From positions 186,001 to 250,000 of the forward strand of contig JBNJNM010000012.1 in assembly GCA_052426225.1 (NCBI GenBank): DNA of 64,000 nt, read 5' to 3'. This document shows positions 24,372-36,377 of the stretch, piece by piece. The notes below the pieces were generated by a model. It did not search any database. It was not told the origin of the DNA and saw nothing but the letters and a program-made list of their open reading frames with translations. The position numbers and the translations under genes are program-made. Source of the DNA: Zancudomyces culisetae HAW-14-8 (lineage: Eukaryota > Fungi > Kickxellomycota). Within the stretch, counting starts at the first letter, position 1, and every line of letters starts with the position of its first letter.

Positions 24372-27300
24372 TGAAACTTTTCCACTAAATAGTGCGTAAT
24401 AACCTTACTAATATAAGTGTAAGGGGTTTTTTTTTTGACTATTCTCATGTAACAGTTGCGGTCAGTTTTTATGATACTGTTTTTTTTGAACTCATTACTG
24501 TCCTAACCATCAATATTGCCATCACAACTAATATCCAAAATACATATATTACGTTATTTTCATTTACCTAATTCGTATCTTTCTAGACAAAGCAAATTAG
24601 TGTGGATTAATTTGTAGTGAGTATCATATTGCGTAAAACCCTGTTTTTATTCTGATATGATCCCGTACTCGAGAAGGTTGTCATGTATTTCTGTGTGTTG
24701 TAATGTTTCACCAGTTACTCCATTTGTCTAACCTGTTTTTTTTCTTAGAAAAAAAGCATTCTTATTTCACCTTTCTCCTCAACACTTTAGGAATTTCGGC
24801 AAAACCCAACCGGTTTTTGAGTCGAGTGCTTTGTGAATTTACAAAGACTTATAAGTACATATTGGAATGAGGTGCAAACAAATTTTCATAAATATTTATA
24901 ATATGAAGGAAATCAAAGTACGCTTTCTACACACGTACTTGGTAAGTGCCACTCGTAGCGCCATTTTATTAGGGACTTTTAACATTTATTGTGATAGTTT
25001 GTGGTCTCCCAATAGAACTTTTTGATGCGCATTTTTTTCTACAACTAAATCTATTAAATTTAATAAAATAGACAAAGCTGTAAATCACTAGAATTAACGA
25101 AATCAGCTCTTCCAGCACAGCCACATGTACATCAACAATGCAGGTTTGAAACATTTTCTTTTTCCCCAAACTTGTCTAAAATACGTCAAAACTGGGAATA
25201 CTATCAAACACAGGGTTATACAGTTTCATGTTGTCTATGTCAGATAGACATCTACTCTAGCATTTTATATCTACATTGTCTAAAACTTTCAGTCAGCATA
25301 TGTTCACCGTGTGCTAGAACTTGGTAATAATTATCTCGCATTAATCGTACATCGTGTTCTTATTGCGGTAAGAATATAATGACAGGGGTTTTATTTTATC
25401 GATAAAGATGGTTACATTGATACACAAATCGTTTGAAATATATTATTTGATCCCCATTTTAGCACATTGAATAATAAACACACAAGCTTGGTTTGTTGCG
25501 CATTGAAGTTGCTAATGGCTCGATTTTTTATACAAAAAGATACATATTATCTTTGTTGCAAATTCATAATTGAGTTTTGCTTCACGTCCTACATTGGTTG
25601 TGGGACACCGAAAGTAAATTCTCCAATCACAATTTGTAATTTCAAACGAAAAAATTCCTTTACATCTATTGTTTTATGATGGGGGTGTGTTTTTATGGAA
25701 TACAAAAAGTGACTTGCATAATATAAAAGTTTGTGCTTTTCAGACAAAGTGGCAACAAACTTTTTAGTAGAAACGATTGGCGGTTTGTCTCAAGTCAGGT
25801 TACTTTGAAATGTAAAGGATGTTTATAACTCTGATGTATTTATTCCCTTACAACCCTAGACCAAAGCTTCGCTGTTGTAAAGTGGGAATTTGGATAGTCG
25901 TAGATACATCTGAGCAAACAGTTTATTATTATTTTTTTTCATTTTGTATAGTATTATATTTGCTATAGTTTTATTGGAGGTATGTATCAATTATTATGGA
26001 CAAAATAGGAGTTTCTAATATTTATGAATTTTCCTTTCTTGTCATGTCGACAAGGTTGAAGGTTGGTCAGATTTAAAGACAAATTAGAGGTATGTTCGCC
26101 TTGTAGCCATAAGGTCCTTCTTCATTATGTGCATGCTAATCGCTCTTTAGTTTAAACTAAAAGATGAGGATTTAAAGTTTTTTTTTCTTTTCCTTTTTTT
26201 CCTGACTGTAATTTGAGACCGAGTCTTTTACCTGTGGTTATAAAAGAAGCCTATTTTTCAAAATAAATGGTGCCTAGATATGCTGTTAATAGAAATGCTT
26301 CATCCTGCCCCAAAAAAAGCGTTAAAAGTGCTTGGTATTGTTGGTCATGCTTTTATGTACATTTTTTGGATTAAACCAACAATAGTAAGTTGAGCTTATA
26401 TAGTTAATACGCGAAATTGTGGGGTATATTTCCTGAACGCGATTTGAGCTAAATTATATTGGTTTTCTACTAAATACCTACAGCATACTGATCACTTGAG
26501 ATTGCTTGACAGAGCGCTACAGCGTTGCAATGTTACCTTTTATTTGAACCCAATTTGTAACCGTTTTGTAACAATGAATATTAAATCTGGGAAGCCGAAA
26601 GAGAAATAAGTATCAACATTCTAGAGTTGGTTAGACAAATAAAAATTAGAAGCTCCGTTATTGATTTTTTGACATTTTACCAAAACAATTCCAAATAAAA
26701 CACAAAGTAATGGTATAAAATCGACATGAAGGATTATGAGGGCTCCGGATTTTAGTATTCAAGAGAACTTTTCAACTGTTAGACAAATAAATGGCTAGTT
26801 AGATAATAATATATAATACCCACCGTTTATAACGATTAAAAAAATCGATATCTGCGTAAACATTACATATAAAGTCATACAGGTTAAGACTAGGTACCTA
26901 ATATTTATTAATAGGTACACCCATGAATAACAAATTATAACAACAGAGGTATAAGCAACAGCAGCCAAAAAATAATTTTTAGTCATTGATAAAATAGAAA
27001 GATAAGCGGTTATATAGTATACAGAATAAATCAGCCTCTGGGCTAAAATGGTATCACTGAATAAGAATGTTATTAACGAGGAGGTACTTGGTTTACGTAC
27101 ACTACCGATAAAGGCAACAGATATCGATAGAAAGGAGCTTGTTGTATATTATTTGAGGTACCAATTATATTATTTTAGCAATTACCCTACTATCCTCTGA
27201 CTACATAGCATAATTTTACTTTTCTGTACTAACCAACGCGCCTTTGTATTCGTGCTAGAGACAAACTGAATGAGCTTGATCCAGTATTGGGAATAGCCAT

Positions 27301-28525
27301 AACTTCTATTTTTATCCTATCGAATCTGGTAGTAATCAGTGCAAAGGTCAAAGTCGTAAGTTTTATAGATAAGTTAGACATACTTTAATAAAGCGCCCTT
27401 GCGGTTACATCCTAGGTATACTTTATTGCATTGTTGTATTTATTTATTTTAAATGTGTAACCTTTATTCTCAATGCATATACAAAAAGGATACATCAGGA
27501 TTTTATGTTGAAAAAAAAATGATGTAAAAGTATTTATACCACAGCTATGTGCTACCAAATAGCTCATGATTCTTCAATGTCTTTTTTTATACTTTTCGAT
27601 AAAAAACTACCTAAAAGTGATAAACAGAGTAAACAATGTTTTGAAAAAAGAGGTATAGAAAGCGGCCACGTACATACTTTATCTAGCGTACCATAACTTA
27701 TAAAAAACGAAAAGATGCGCTATGGGTTTAGTAACAAAAGCGCTTGTGTTTACTCTGTTCATAAATAGAACCTAGACTCAAACTCAGCCTCAGGCTTAGA
27801 TTTGAACTTGGATTTAAGCTTTGAAATGGAATTGGTAAAGTTCTACAAAAGAAAAAATACGTTTGAAAGACAAAAGGCACCACTATCTGCGGTACTGTAA
27901 GTCGAGTTTTCTCATACAATTACACTTTATTTTTATGATAAAATAATTGTTGTTTAAAATTGTGAATAGCGATAGGCTATACAGAGTGTTTGATACCAGG
28001 GATACAATAGTAAATACATCAATATCAGATTATAAAGCGCCTTTGAGAGAATATGGAGATATTAGCAAGAAGGAATTAACGTTTTTCATGTAAGTGTTTG
28101 CCGATCCAAATTAGCTGTTTGGTACCACAATTTAAGCGAGCTTGTTTACCTTTTATATGGTAAATAAAAGCACTCGAAAAAACGGCGTACCTTATAAGCT
28201 ATTCCTGTTCGACAACCTATTTAACTCTTAATTAAAATACAAGAAAAGAACACTTTAAAGTTCAATCATATACTTCATTGTAAGAATTTCCTTTTAAAAA
28301 AAGCAAAAACTCCAACTATAGATGGTGTTCTCCTGTCCAGTTAGCAATGATCATGATGTTCAGTGGAAAAAGTCTTTTGTATTTAATGCCAGTCCTACTT
28401 ATTCAGATTGTACAAGTAACTAGATCTTTATTATCCTACTAATTGTACTAGCTCGAACACAAAGTATTTTAGTATCACATTAAGTTTATTATGTTATATA
28501 TGTTTAGAACTATAAGTACTGTGAG

Positions 28526-29230
28526 ATGTATATATATTTAAAGAAGTTCAGTGCTTTTGGATCACAAAACAGCCAGAGTACTTCAAAAGTTACAGTGGCA
28601 CCGATTGCAGGATCTTTTGTAAACAAAGATATACACGTACGGACCGATAACGTTCACAAAGAAGATTCAAATATGAAAAAATCACCTTCATCTGATAATT
28701 TTGCACGAGAGTATAGCACAAGTCATACCACGTCTTCAAAACTTGCTCTGTCGAGCTTACCTCGTAATCTAAGCAAAAAAACTCTTAAAAAGCCATTATC
28801 GGGCGAGAGTCAGGTCTTCCACAAGAATTACTCGAAAAAGAATCTGGGATACCGATCCATAGGAGCCGATTTAAATACGTATCCTAGAAATGGAGCAGTA
28901 AATGTTTCAATGTACTTCGAACATAAGAAGGAAAAGGCCTCCACTTTGAACCAAGCACTAACAAATTATTACAAAATTGAGTCAATTATCAGCAAGTCGT
29001 CTAAAAAGGCTGAGATAAGAAAAGATAGTGTTGTAGATAACAGTTCTAGAAAAATCAAAAGACGCAACACTCAACCAGATACCAGATCGGTTTCCAGTAT
29101 TAGTGGTGCTGCCTCCGAGATCTCTAAAGTCGGGTTTTACGGCGAAACGCTATGCGAAAAACTAAGTTTGGATTTTGATAAAGAATCAGCAGAGGATGAC
29201 TGTTATTGGTGGGAAGCAGTCATGCGGTAA
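28526..29230 (+). CDS. Hypothetical Ser/Lys-rich protein, probably with an upstream exon (ATG near 28322)
   Basis: 234-codon ORF with coding-like composition ending DDCYWWEAVMR. The 5' end looks like an intron acceptor region. No family recognised. Confidence 0.55.
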   Translation: MYIYLKKFSAFGSQNSQSTSKVTVAPIAGSFVNKDIHVRTDNVHKEDSNMKKSPSSDNFAREYSTSHTTSSKLALSSLPRNLSKKTLKKPLSGESQVFHKNYSKKNLGYRSIGADLNTYPRNGAVNVSMYFEHKKEKASTLNQALTNYYKIESIISKSSKKAEIRKDSVVDNSSRKIKRRNTQPDTRSVSSISGAASEISKVGFYGETLCEKLSLDFDKESAEDDCYWWEAVMR

Positions 29231-29834
29231 CTTGATGTTTTATTAGATTGCATCATGCTTGCCAGCTTGTACAAGTTCGCAAAATGTTTAGTTGGGTTAA
29301 GGTATATATATGCTTGTTTTAATAGTGAAGAATGCAAGCGTCGTTGTTAAAAATATAGATAGGTTTAGGATAGATAGAGGGTTTACTGCCATTTATTCAC
29401 CCGCTTGATAAGTGCACATTTGTTTCACATTGTTACTGTTAGGGAACTATCAACTTCCAATAAATATTCTTAAATGGCTCGATCTTAAACTAAAAATTAG
29501 ACTTGACTAGGTAGATTGGTGGGAGGGAAGGTGATATATTTTTCTGTTAGTGGTTTATCCAGTTATACTAATTCTCGCTTCTCAAACTTTACCATTCTAA
29601 TGTCTGTGATAATTCCTCAACTAAATATACCACATTTTAATGTCATTCGGATATAAAAATTAAGTATACTGGTTTATTGTTATATCAAGGTTTGCCAATT
29701 CTTGGTTTAAATCGCTGTTCCATGATTTAGTTATGAAAAAATTTACAAAGAGATGAAAAGAAAAACGCAAGAAAAAACAGAAAAAATCATCGTATAGATG
29801 ACCAAGTGGTATGTTTAATGTATGCTGAAAAGAA

Positions 29835-31220
29835 TTATTTTTTTAGCCATGCTCTCAACGTGTCAATTTGAGCTAGCACACTAGATTTGCTAGTTCCACC
29901 AGTGGACGATCTATTTTCAACACATTGAGTAAAGTTCCAAATGTTTGATACATCGTCAGTGAACAGAGGGTGTAGCGACTGCAAATCAGAAAGGGAAAGC
30001 TGAGAAAGCTGGACGTTCTTGGCTTCACAAAGGTTGACGGCGGAACCAGATACATGGTGTGCATCTCTGAATGGAAGACCCTTTCTCACAAGGTAGTCAG
30101 CAAGGTCTGTTGCCAAAAGGTCATCTGTTAAGGCGGCATGGGTATTCTTGGAGTTAATTTTCATTGTTGCAATTACAGCTGCAACGATCTTTAGGGATGA
30201 ATAAATAGTGGTATGTGAATCAAATACTGGTTCCTTGTCTTCCTGCAAGTCTTTGTTATACGAAGAAGGCGTGCCCTTGTAGGTCATCATAAAACCACTC
30301 ATGTTTCCAAACACTCTACCAGCTTTTCCACGTAACAGCTCAAGACTGTCTGGGTTCTTTTTCTGAGGCATAATGCTTGAACCGGTAGAATAGGCATCTG
30401 AAAGAGTAACAAAACCAAATTCTGCACTAGAGTATATTATAAAATCTTCAGAAAGACGACTGATATGGGTCATCACCAGCGAGCACCAAAACAAGAACTC
30501 TGCAACAAAATCACGATCGGATACCCCTGTGATGGAGTTCTGAACGACACCATCAAATTCGAGTAGCGAAGCTAGATATTCTCTGTCAACCTTGAATGGA
30601 TTCCCCGCAAGGGCACCGGACCCTAAAGGACACAAGTTTACTCTTTTGTAAAGTTCTTGTAACCTATCGTAGTCTGCTTGAAACAAAAACCCATAGCTCA
30701 GCAGCAGATGAGAAAACCGGATTGGTTGTGCTCGTTGCAAATGTGTATATCCTGGCAATAACACATCTATTTCAGTTTCAGCACGGACCAATATCACCTC
30801 GATGAGTTCCTTGAGAATTGTTGAGAGCTCTTTAAGTTTTTCTCTCATCCATATTCTAAAATCAGTCACGGTCTGGTCATTTCTGCTTCTTCCTGTGTGC
30901 AATTTCCCTGCAACTTTTCCTACAAGTTCGCCTAACCTTCTCTCATTTGCTGTATGAATATCCTCATCACCCATTTTGATTTCAAATTTACCTGTCTCCC
31001 ATTCCTCCAACACCTTATCCAAACCATCTGACAACACTTTAGCTTCATCGCTGGTCAATATTCCAACTTTCTCTATACCTTTAACATATGCCTTTGAACC
31101 AATTATATCGGCCTTGTAGAAGGCCTTATCAAAGCTCAGCGATTCATTAAAGGCTTCCATCAATGGATCTGTGGTTTCCGAGAAACGACCACCCCATAGT
31201 TTTTTGAGATTTGAGCTCAT
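29835..31220 (-). CDS. ARG4: Argininosuccinate lyase
   Basis: KLWGGRF, EDIHTANERRL, KLHTGRSRNDQ, PGYTHLQRAQP, and signature STGSSIMPQKKNPDSLEL. Confidence 0.98.
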   Translation of the reverse strand: MSSNLKKLWGGRFSETTDPLMEAFNESLSFDKAFYKADIIGSKAYVKGIEKVGILTSDEAKVLSDGLDKVLEEWETGKFEIKMGDEDIHTANERRLGELVGKVAGKLHTGRSRNDQTVTDFRIWMREKLKELSTILKELIEVILVRAETEIDVLLPGYTHLQRAQPIRFSHLLLSYGFLFQADYDRLQELYKRVNLCPLGSGALAGNPFKVDREYLASLLEFDGVVQNSITGVSDRDFVAEFLFWCSLVMTHISRLSEDFIIYSSAEFGFVTLSDAYSTGSSIMPQKKNPDSLELLRGKAGRVFGNMSGFMMTYKGTPSSYNKDLQEDKEPVFDSHTTIYSSLKIVAAVIATMKINSKNTHAALTDDLLATDLADYLVRKGLPFRDAHHVSGSAVNLCEAKNVQLSQLSLSDLQSLHPLFTDDVSNIWNFTQCVENRSSTGGTSKSSVLAQIDTLRAWLKK

Positions 31221-31403
31221 TCTGCCTTGTATTTTCTCTTTTTTTTTCGTTTGACTACCCTTTTTGGTATTTAATAAACTAGCTACAACATCAATACTTT
31301 AAAGCTAAAAGAATGCTTTTATGGGCTTTTTTATACAATTCTACTCGGTATCAAAAAAAAAATTTCCTGTTGGGGGTTTCTCCACTTCTTTGTTGTTTCT
31401 TAG

Positions 31404-31410
31404 TGACTCA
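31404..31410. promoter_or_regulatory. Gcn4/Cpc1 (general amino-acid control) consensus site TGACTCA
   Basis: Perfect TGASTCA ~184 bp upstream of the ARG4 ATG. ARG4 is a known Gcn4 target in yeast. Confidence 0.6.
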
Positions 31411-32171
31411 GGATACCTAAACAATGAATAATCAGTGGAGATCGAAAATCATTAAAGCCGATCCTATTGGCGTCAAGTGATAAAAAACTGATACTTACAT
31501 ACCATTGGCCTGAACCAAGATTGTTCTATTTTTGCGGTTCGCAAATCGTTGTTTTGTTTTTGTTTTTGTTTTTGGATTATTATTATTAATTTATATTTTA
31601 CCGTAATTTTTTTTGCGTCAAAAATCAAAGTAAAAATAAAGATTTGAAATCTGTTATATGACTGTCAAGAATTTCAAAAAACAAAAACGCCAAACGAAAA
31701 GTTTGTTATTAAATCAGAAATACTTTAGAAACTGTTTAATGTCTGCTGAAGAGTGGTGTTCACTTAGCCCTTTATTTAGATGCAAGGGACTATATATTCC
31801 TAATCAAAGGGTGTATCGAGTATCAATGTGAAATGATACCATAAAAAACATCATACTTCTTTAATATGTCTGAGATTCGGAGGCTAGAGTTGTAAACACA
31901 ATGCTTATCAATTTACAACCTCATGATATTTCTATAGTATAAGTAATATCAATTATGTGCTATCAATCAGCCAAAATAAACATAAAGTTTTGTGTACAGT
32001 TGTAATTACGCTCTTCAAAGTGATACCCATAAACGCAAGTCAAAATATAAACACAAGTATTTATCAAAGTTGGTCTTTACAAGAATCCGGTACTAAACGC
32101 TTTCGTAGTCACGGAAACACAAACAAAAAGGTAAAAACAACAAAAAAAGGTGTACATCTGGATCGATGTCA

Positions 32172-33100
32172 TTATGCTAGAGATATATACGTTGGTTTCC
32201 TGTAACTGGAGTCCTCTTCATCATCATCATCATCATCATCATCCCCAGTGTCATCGCTTTCATTGGTTTTTGATGGCTTAGATTCAATAGCACCAATGCT
32301 TCTTAGATATCCCTCCAGACCTAACATTAAATGAAGAACAGTTTTGATTACTGAGGTTCAAACTTGAATACAAACTTAAATCGCTACGTATAAGGTATCA
32401 ACATAATTAAAACATATATTTGTATTTACAAACCTTTTTTTTTTTGTGTTCAATCCACCCAAAGAGCTTAGACCCACCAGTTGAGCCCTAACATCACCGT
32501 CTTTGTAAATTAGCAAGGTGGGAAGATTAGAGTCTGGATAGTTGGGAATGCACTCTGATCCTACAATCTTTACAAACTTTGTGGACTTATTTTCGGCAGA
32601 TACTTCATTTAGCAACTTGTTTACTAGCTTGCACTCAAGAATACTATTCATTATAATGTATACGCATTTATTTCCAGAGTACTTTCAATCGCTGGATACA
32701 TAATATTTATAAATACAACTCGACAATGTGCACATATTTACCTGTCTCTATATAAATGAACAACCACCCAGCATGTTTCACTAGCGTCAGTGACTTGCCG
32801 TTTATAGTCAGGCTTAGATATTGCAACCACTCCCTCTCCATATTTTTCAGTCTTTTCTTTGGCAGCGAGCTCACTTAGTCGTTGGCGTCTATATGACTCC
32901 AACACATCATCGTCTTCAAGATCTTCAAGTTCATCGAGTTCATCCAAATCCAATTTTGATAGTTTTTCCGCTTCATATGCATCACGCGCTTCAACTGCCA
33001 AATCGAGTAGCTCGTTTGGATCAACTTTGGGCTTTTCTGGAATAATCCCCATTTTACGCAGAGCATCGTTCCATTCTGTATCTTCATTTATGTCTTGCAT
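32172..33100 (-). CDS. PLP2: Phosducin-like protein 2/3 (CCT co-chaperone), 3 exons: 33100-32742, 32643-32434, 32320-32172
   Basis: MQDINEDTEWNDALRKMGIIP, VVVHLY, KFVKI...CIPNYPDSNLPTLLIY, LEGYLRSIGAI and an acidic tail. Introns are GT-AG. The exon 2/3 phase is off by one base at an A11 run. Confidence 0.9.
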
Positions 33101-33510
33101 CTTGAATTTCAGGTATCTCCTTTATTTTCCTTATAAGAGTGGCTGTTCTTTTATTTTTATACAGTCTTTTTCATTCAATATAGAGTGGTTTTATAGATTT
33201 TAATATATTATTCTAGTTGTAAATGTTTAATGACATTTGCTGATTTTCTTCTAAGGTTTACACAAACCAAAGTTGTAAACGCAATTAAAAACTGTAGCCA
33301 ATAAAGGTTCTTCAAACACAAAAATTATATTTTTCTAATTATTTTGCGTCTGTTTAATTCATTTTTCCAATATCTAGTAGCTCAGAAACCTTTCAATGGC
33401 AGATAAAATTCAGTGCTAAATAATTAAATATTTATTATACTACCCCCAAAAATTAAACAACATTAATAAAACAAAGCAAACAAATTCTCTATCAACAACG
33501 TATCGTTAAA

Positions 33511-34634
33511 ATGGTGGGGCCATCAGTAAAGTAAGTGTCTGACAATTCATACTCTTTTGACTACAATCACTCCCCTCATATTTCATTTTCTTAAATTTTA
33601 TAAATCGAAAAAAAATAGGTTAAGCCAAACCTTGAATCTAGATCCAGGTATGGGTATTCTGAATTAAAAGTTGGGATCCAGTGAACCACGAGTACTTACG
33701 CCTCTAGATATATTTATTCTACTTGCTATAATGACTGTATATAAAAAAATAGAGATTAGAGAATGGGTATTATTCCCGATTATGGTGGTGATGATCTTGG
33801 TCGGCGTATTACGACATCAACTGACCGTGTTATTCACTAAAAAACCCAAGCAAAGCCCAACAAAAGCCATGCGACAAGGGTAAGAGAGTATATCTTTGTA
33901 TAACGCTTTTTTAGAACAAAGGGATTCAAATGTATATATTGATGTTTTATAGGAACATGATGCTTAGAGCGGGAACCTTGATAGAACATGCCGGCCATGT
34001 TCCTCAAAATTCATTCGAGGAACGTAGAGTTGCATTTTGTAAGGCCTTCGAAGATGGTGAATATTTAGAGAACAAAGAAAATAAAGACAAAGGGGCACCA
34101 AATCCCATGTCAGATCCCAAAGCTATGGAATCGATGCTTGATGGAGTCAAGGGTCAAATGATGACGATTGTTCCACAGACAATAATTATGGGATGGATCC
34201 AATATTTTTTTTCTGGATTCATACTAATCAAGATTCCATTTCCGCTAGGAATGAGCTTTAAATCGATGCTTCAATCGGGAATTAACACACCATATATGGA
34301 TGCAACTTGGGTTAGCTCTCTATCATGGTATTTTCTTAATCTCTTTGGGTTGGGAGGTATTTTTACTTTGATTCTTGGTGCAAATAGTACAGGTAGTGGA
34401 TTACAGGATATGCAAGCGATGAGCAGTATGGGAATGCCACAGCAACAACAACAACAACAGCCTGGTCCGCAAGATTATCATAAACTATTTTTGGGGATCA
34501 AAGAGAATTTGGAATTGGTACACTACCAATGGGATCTTGAAGACGTTGAGAATAGGGTTTTAAAGATGTATGGAAAGAAAAACCACGATCTTGGTGATTC
34601 TGCCTCCCAGCTAAATTCAAAGAAGCGTGCGTAG
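33511..34634 (+). CDS. EMC3: ER membrane protein complex subunit 3, 4 exons: 33511-33530, 33619-33647, 33753-33879, 33953-34634
   Basis: Spliced LDPEIREWVLFPIMVVMILVGVLRH, FFSGFILIKIPFPL..FKSMLQSGI, WVSSLSWYFLNLFGL. Splice phases are consistent. Confidence 0.93.
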
Positions 34635-34743
34635 ATCTGTATATTTTTGTTTCCAGTTCTATTATTTATATCTAATATTTGTTTTTAAATAACTATGGTA
34701 TTCAAACTGCAAATAAATGAAATCATACCTCAAACAAATGTCT

Positions 34744-34775
34744 ATTGGACCAATTGGCTTATTGGCTAATTGGCT
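34744..34775. promoter_or_regulatory. Cluster of CCAAT boxes (ATTGG x4 plus CCAAT) upstream of the enoyl reductase
   Basis: attggaccaattggcttattggctaattggcta, ~490 bp before ATG 35265. Confidence 0.4.
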
Positions 34776-35264
34776 AAATTCAATTTCGTCTCAAATAATT
34801 TGAGCTAATAATTATCAGTGAGAGAGGGAGAAAAAGATTTGGAAGGCGAGAAAAGCTTGAGGATAGTTGGAAATGTAGGTTTGGTTTCAGTTACATTCTC
34901 CTTGATGGTTTGTGGTTGACAATTTGTTTAGGGACGCTGTTTGGTAATTGCTGGATTTACGCTATGACTTAATGTGATTCTGAAATTCTGTAACTGATTA
35001 CTAATAGTTTTGCATGTGTTTCTGGGCAGAAAATACTGATAGCTCTTTACACACAAGGTTCTGTGTGCTTATTTTATGCTATCGAAAATCTAATTTAGCT
35101 CAGTATTTTTCAACTGTGCAGAGAATCAACTTTTCAGTTAAATAGACGAAGGTCGCTATAAACTTTTTTCTATCTATTCGTTTTTGAACAGAAGCTATAT
35201 ACACTAAGAGTAAACTCACTCAATAAAAAATCAATAATTCTAAACAACCCAGAGTAAGGACAAA

Positions 35265-36377
35265 ATGGAAAGCAAAAGAGTAGGAAAGTACATTGTTTTT
35301 TCAAAAAGAGGTGAACCAAAACAAGTTCTTGAAACGCATGACGTAGAGATAAAACCCGTGTCTCCGAAAAAGGTAATGGTAGAAATAATGTATGCGCCTA
35401 TAAATCCTTCAGACCTGCTCCAAATCAAAGGAGAGTACCCAAATTTTAAAAAACGGGCCCAACTGACTACAACTTCTGCCAAAAGCGTTGAAGGACACGT
35501 GGCAGGGCATGAAGGTGTTGGTAGAATAGTGGAGATAGGAAGCGAGGCAAATGCAAAAGACAAACTCGGGGAAAAAATTGAGGTTGGCGACTGGATTTTG
35601 CCCAGAAGTATGGGCACAGTAGGTACATGGGCAACTCACATCGAGCTCTCGCCTTCAGACGTTATTGTAATAAAAAACAAGAAGGGTCTGACACCAGCAA
35701 AAGTAGGTTCAGTTGTGGTGAACGGGGCGACGGCATACCTCATGCTTGATTCAATAGTAAAGCTCAACCCAGGAGACTACATCATTCAAAATGGTGCAAA
35801 CAGTGGTGTTGGTCAGCTTGTGATCCAGCTGGCCAAACTATGGGGATTCCGAACCATAAATATCATTAGAGAACATAAAAACGGTAACAATGAAACTGAA
35901 GTTTATTTAAAGAAACTTGGTGCTGACATCATCATAAAGGAGCATGAGTTGGAATCTGCAGAAACTAAAAAGATAATCAAAAATTTGCCTGGGCCCCTAC
36001 GCCTGGCGTTTGATTGTGTAAGCGGGCCTGCTGCTGCTTCGCTTGCAAGAATCCTCCCAAATAGATGCGTTTTTGTAAATTATGGGATGATGTCCGGCGT
36101 AAACTCTATTGCAGTTGATGTCCCACTGCTTATATTCAAAGATATTAAGGTTTGTGGTTTCTGGTTGACACATTGGTACAGAGAAAACTCCCTAGAAGAC
36201 TGGCTAAAGGTATGGAACCATCTGTTTGATTTGTTGAGAGAAGATCGCATCGTCGCGCAGCTCGCAGAGCCATTCAACATGTTTGACCTTGAAAGCAAGT
36301 CCTCATTCCAGTCCCGCCTGCTTGACGCCATATACTCCCCAAAGAAGGCAGCACTTGTTTTTACCAGCAAGCTCTAA
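35265..36377 (+). CDS. ETR1/MECR-like trans-2-enoyl-thioester reductase (MDR superfamily)
   Basis: APINPSDLLQIKGEYP (catalytic Tyr region), GHEGVGRIVEIG, GTWATH, NGATAYLML, IIQNGANSGVGQLVIQLAK, VNYGMMS, LIFKDIKVCGFW. Confidence 0.92.
   Translation: MESKRVGKYIVFSKRGEPKQVLETHDVEIKPVSPKKVMVEIMYAPINPSDLLQIKGEYPNFKKRAQLTTTSAKSVEGHVAGHEGVGRIVEIGSEANAKDKLGEKIEVGDWILPRSMGTVGTWATHIELSPSDVIVIKNKKGLTPAKVGSVVVNGATAYLMLDSIVKLNPGDYIIQNGANSGVGQLVIQLAKLWGFRTINIIREHKNGNNETEVYLKKLGADIIIKEHELESAETKKIIKNLPGPLRLAFDCVSGPAAASLARILPNRCVFVNYGMMSGVNSIAVDVPLLIFKDIKVCGFWLTHWYRENSLEDWLKVWNHLFDLLREDRIVAQLAEPFNMFDLESKSSFQSRLLDAIYSPKKAALVFTSKL

Noticed and set aside
16683-31220. AreA-like gene and ARG4 as a nitrogen-metabolism cluster
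   Set aside because: They are separated by unrelated genes and an inferred inversion breakpoint, so the proximity is probably coincidental.
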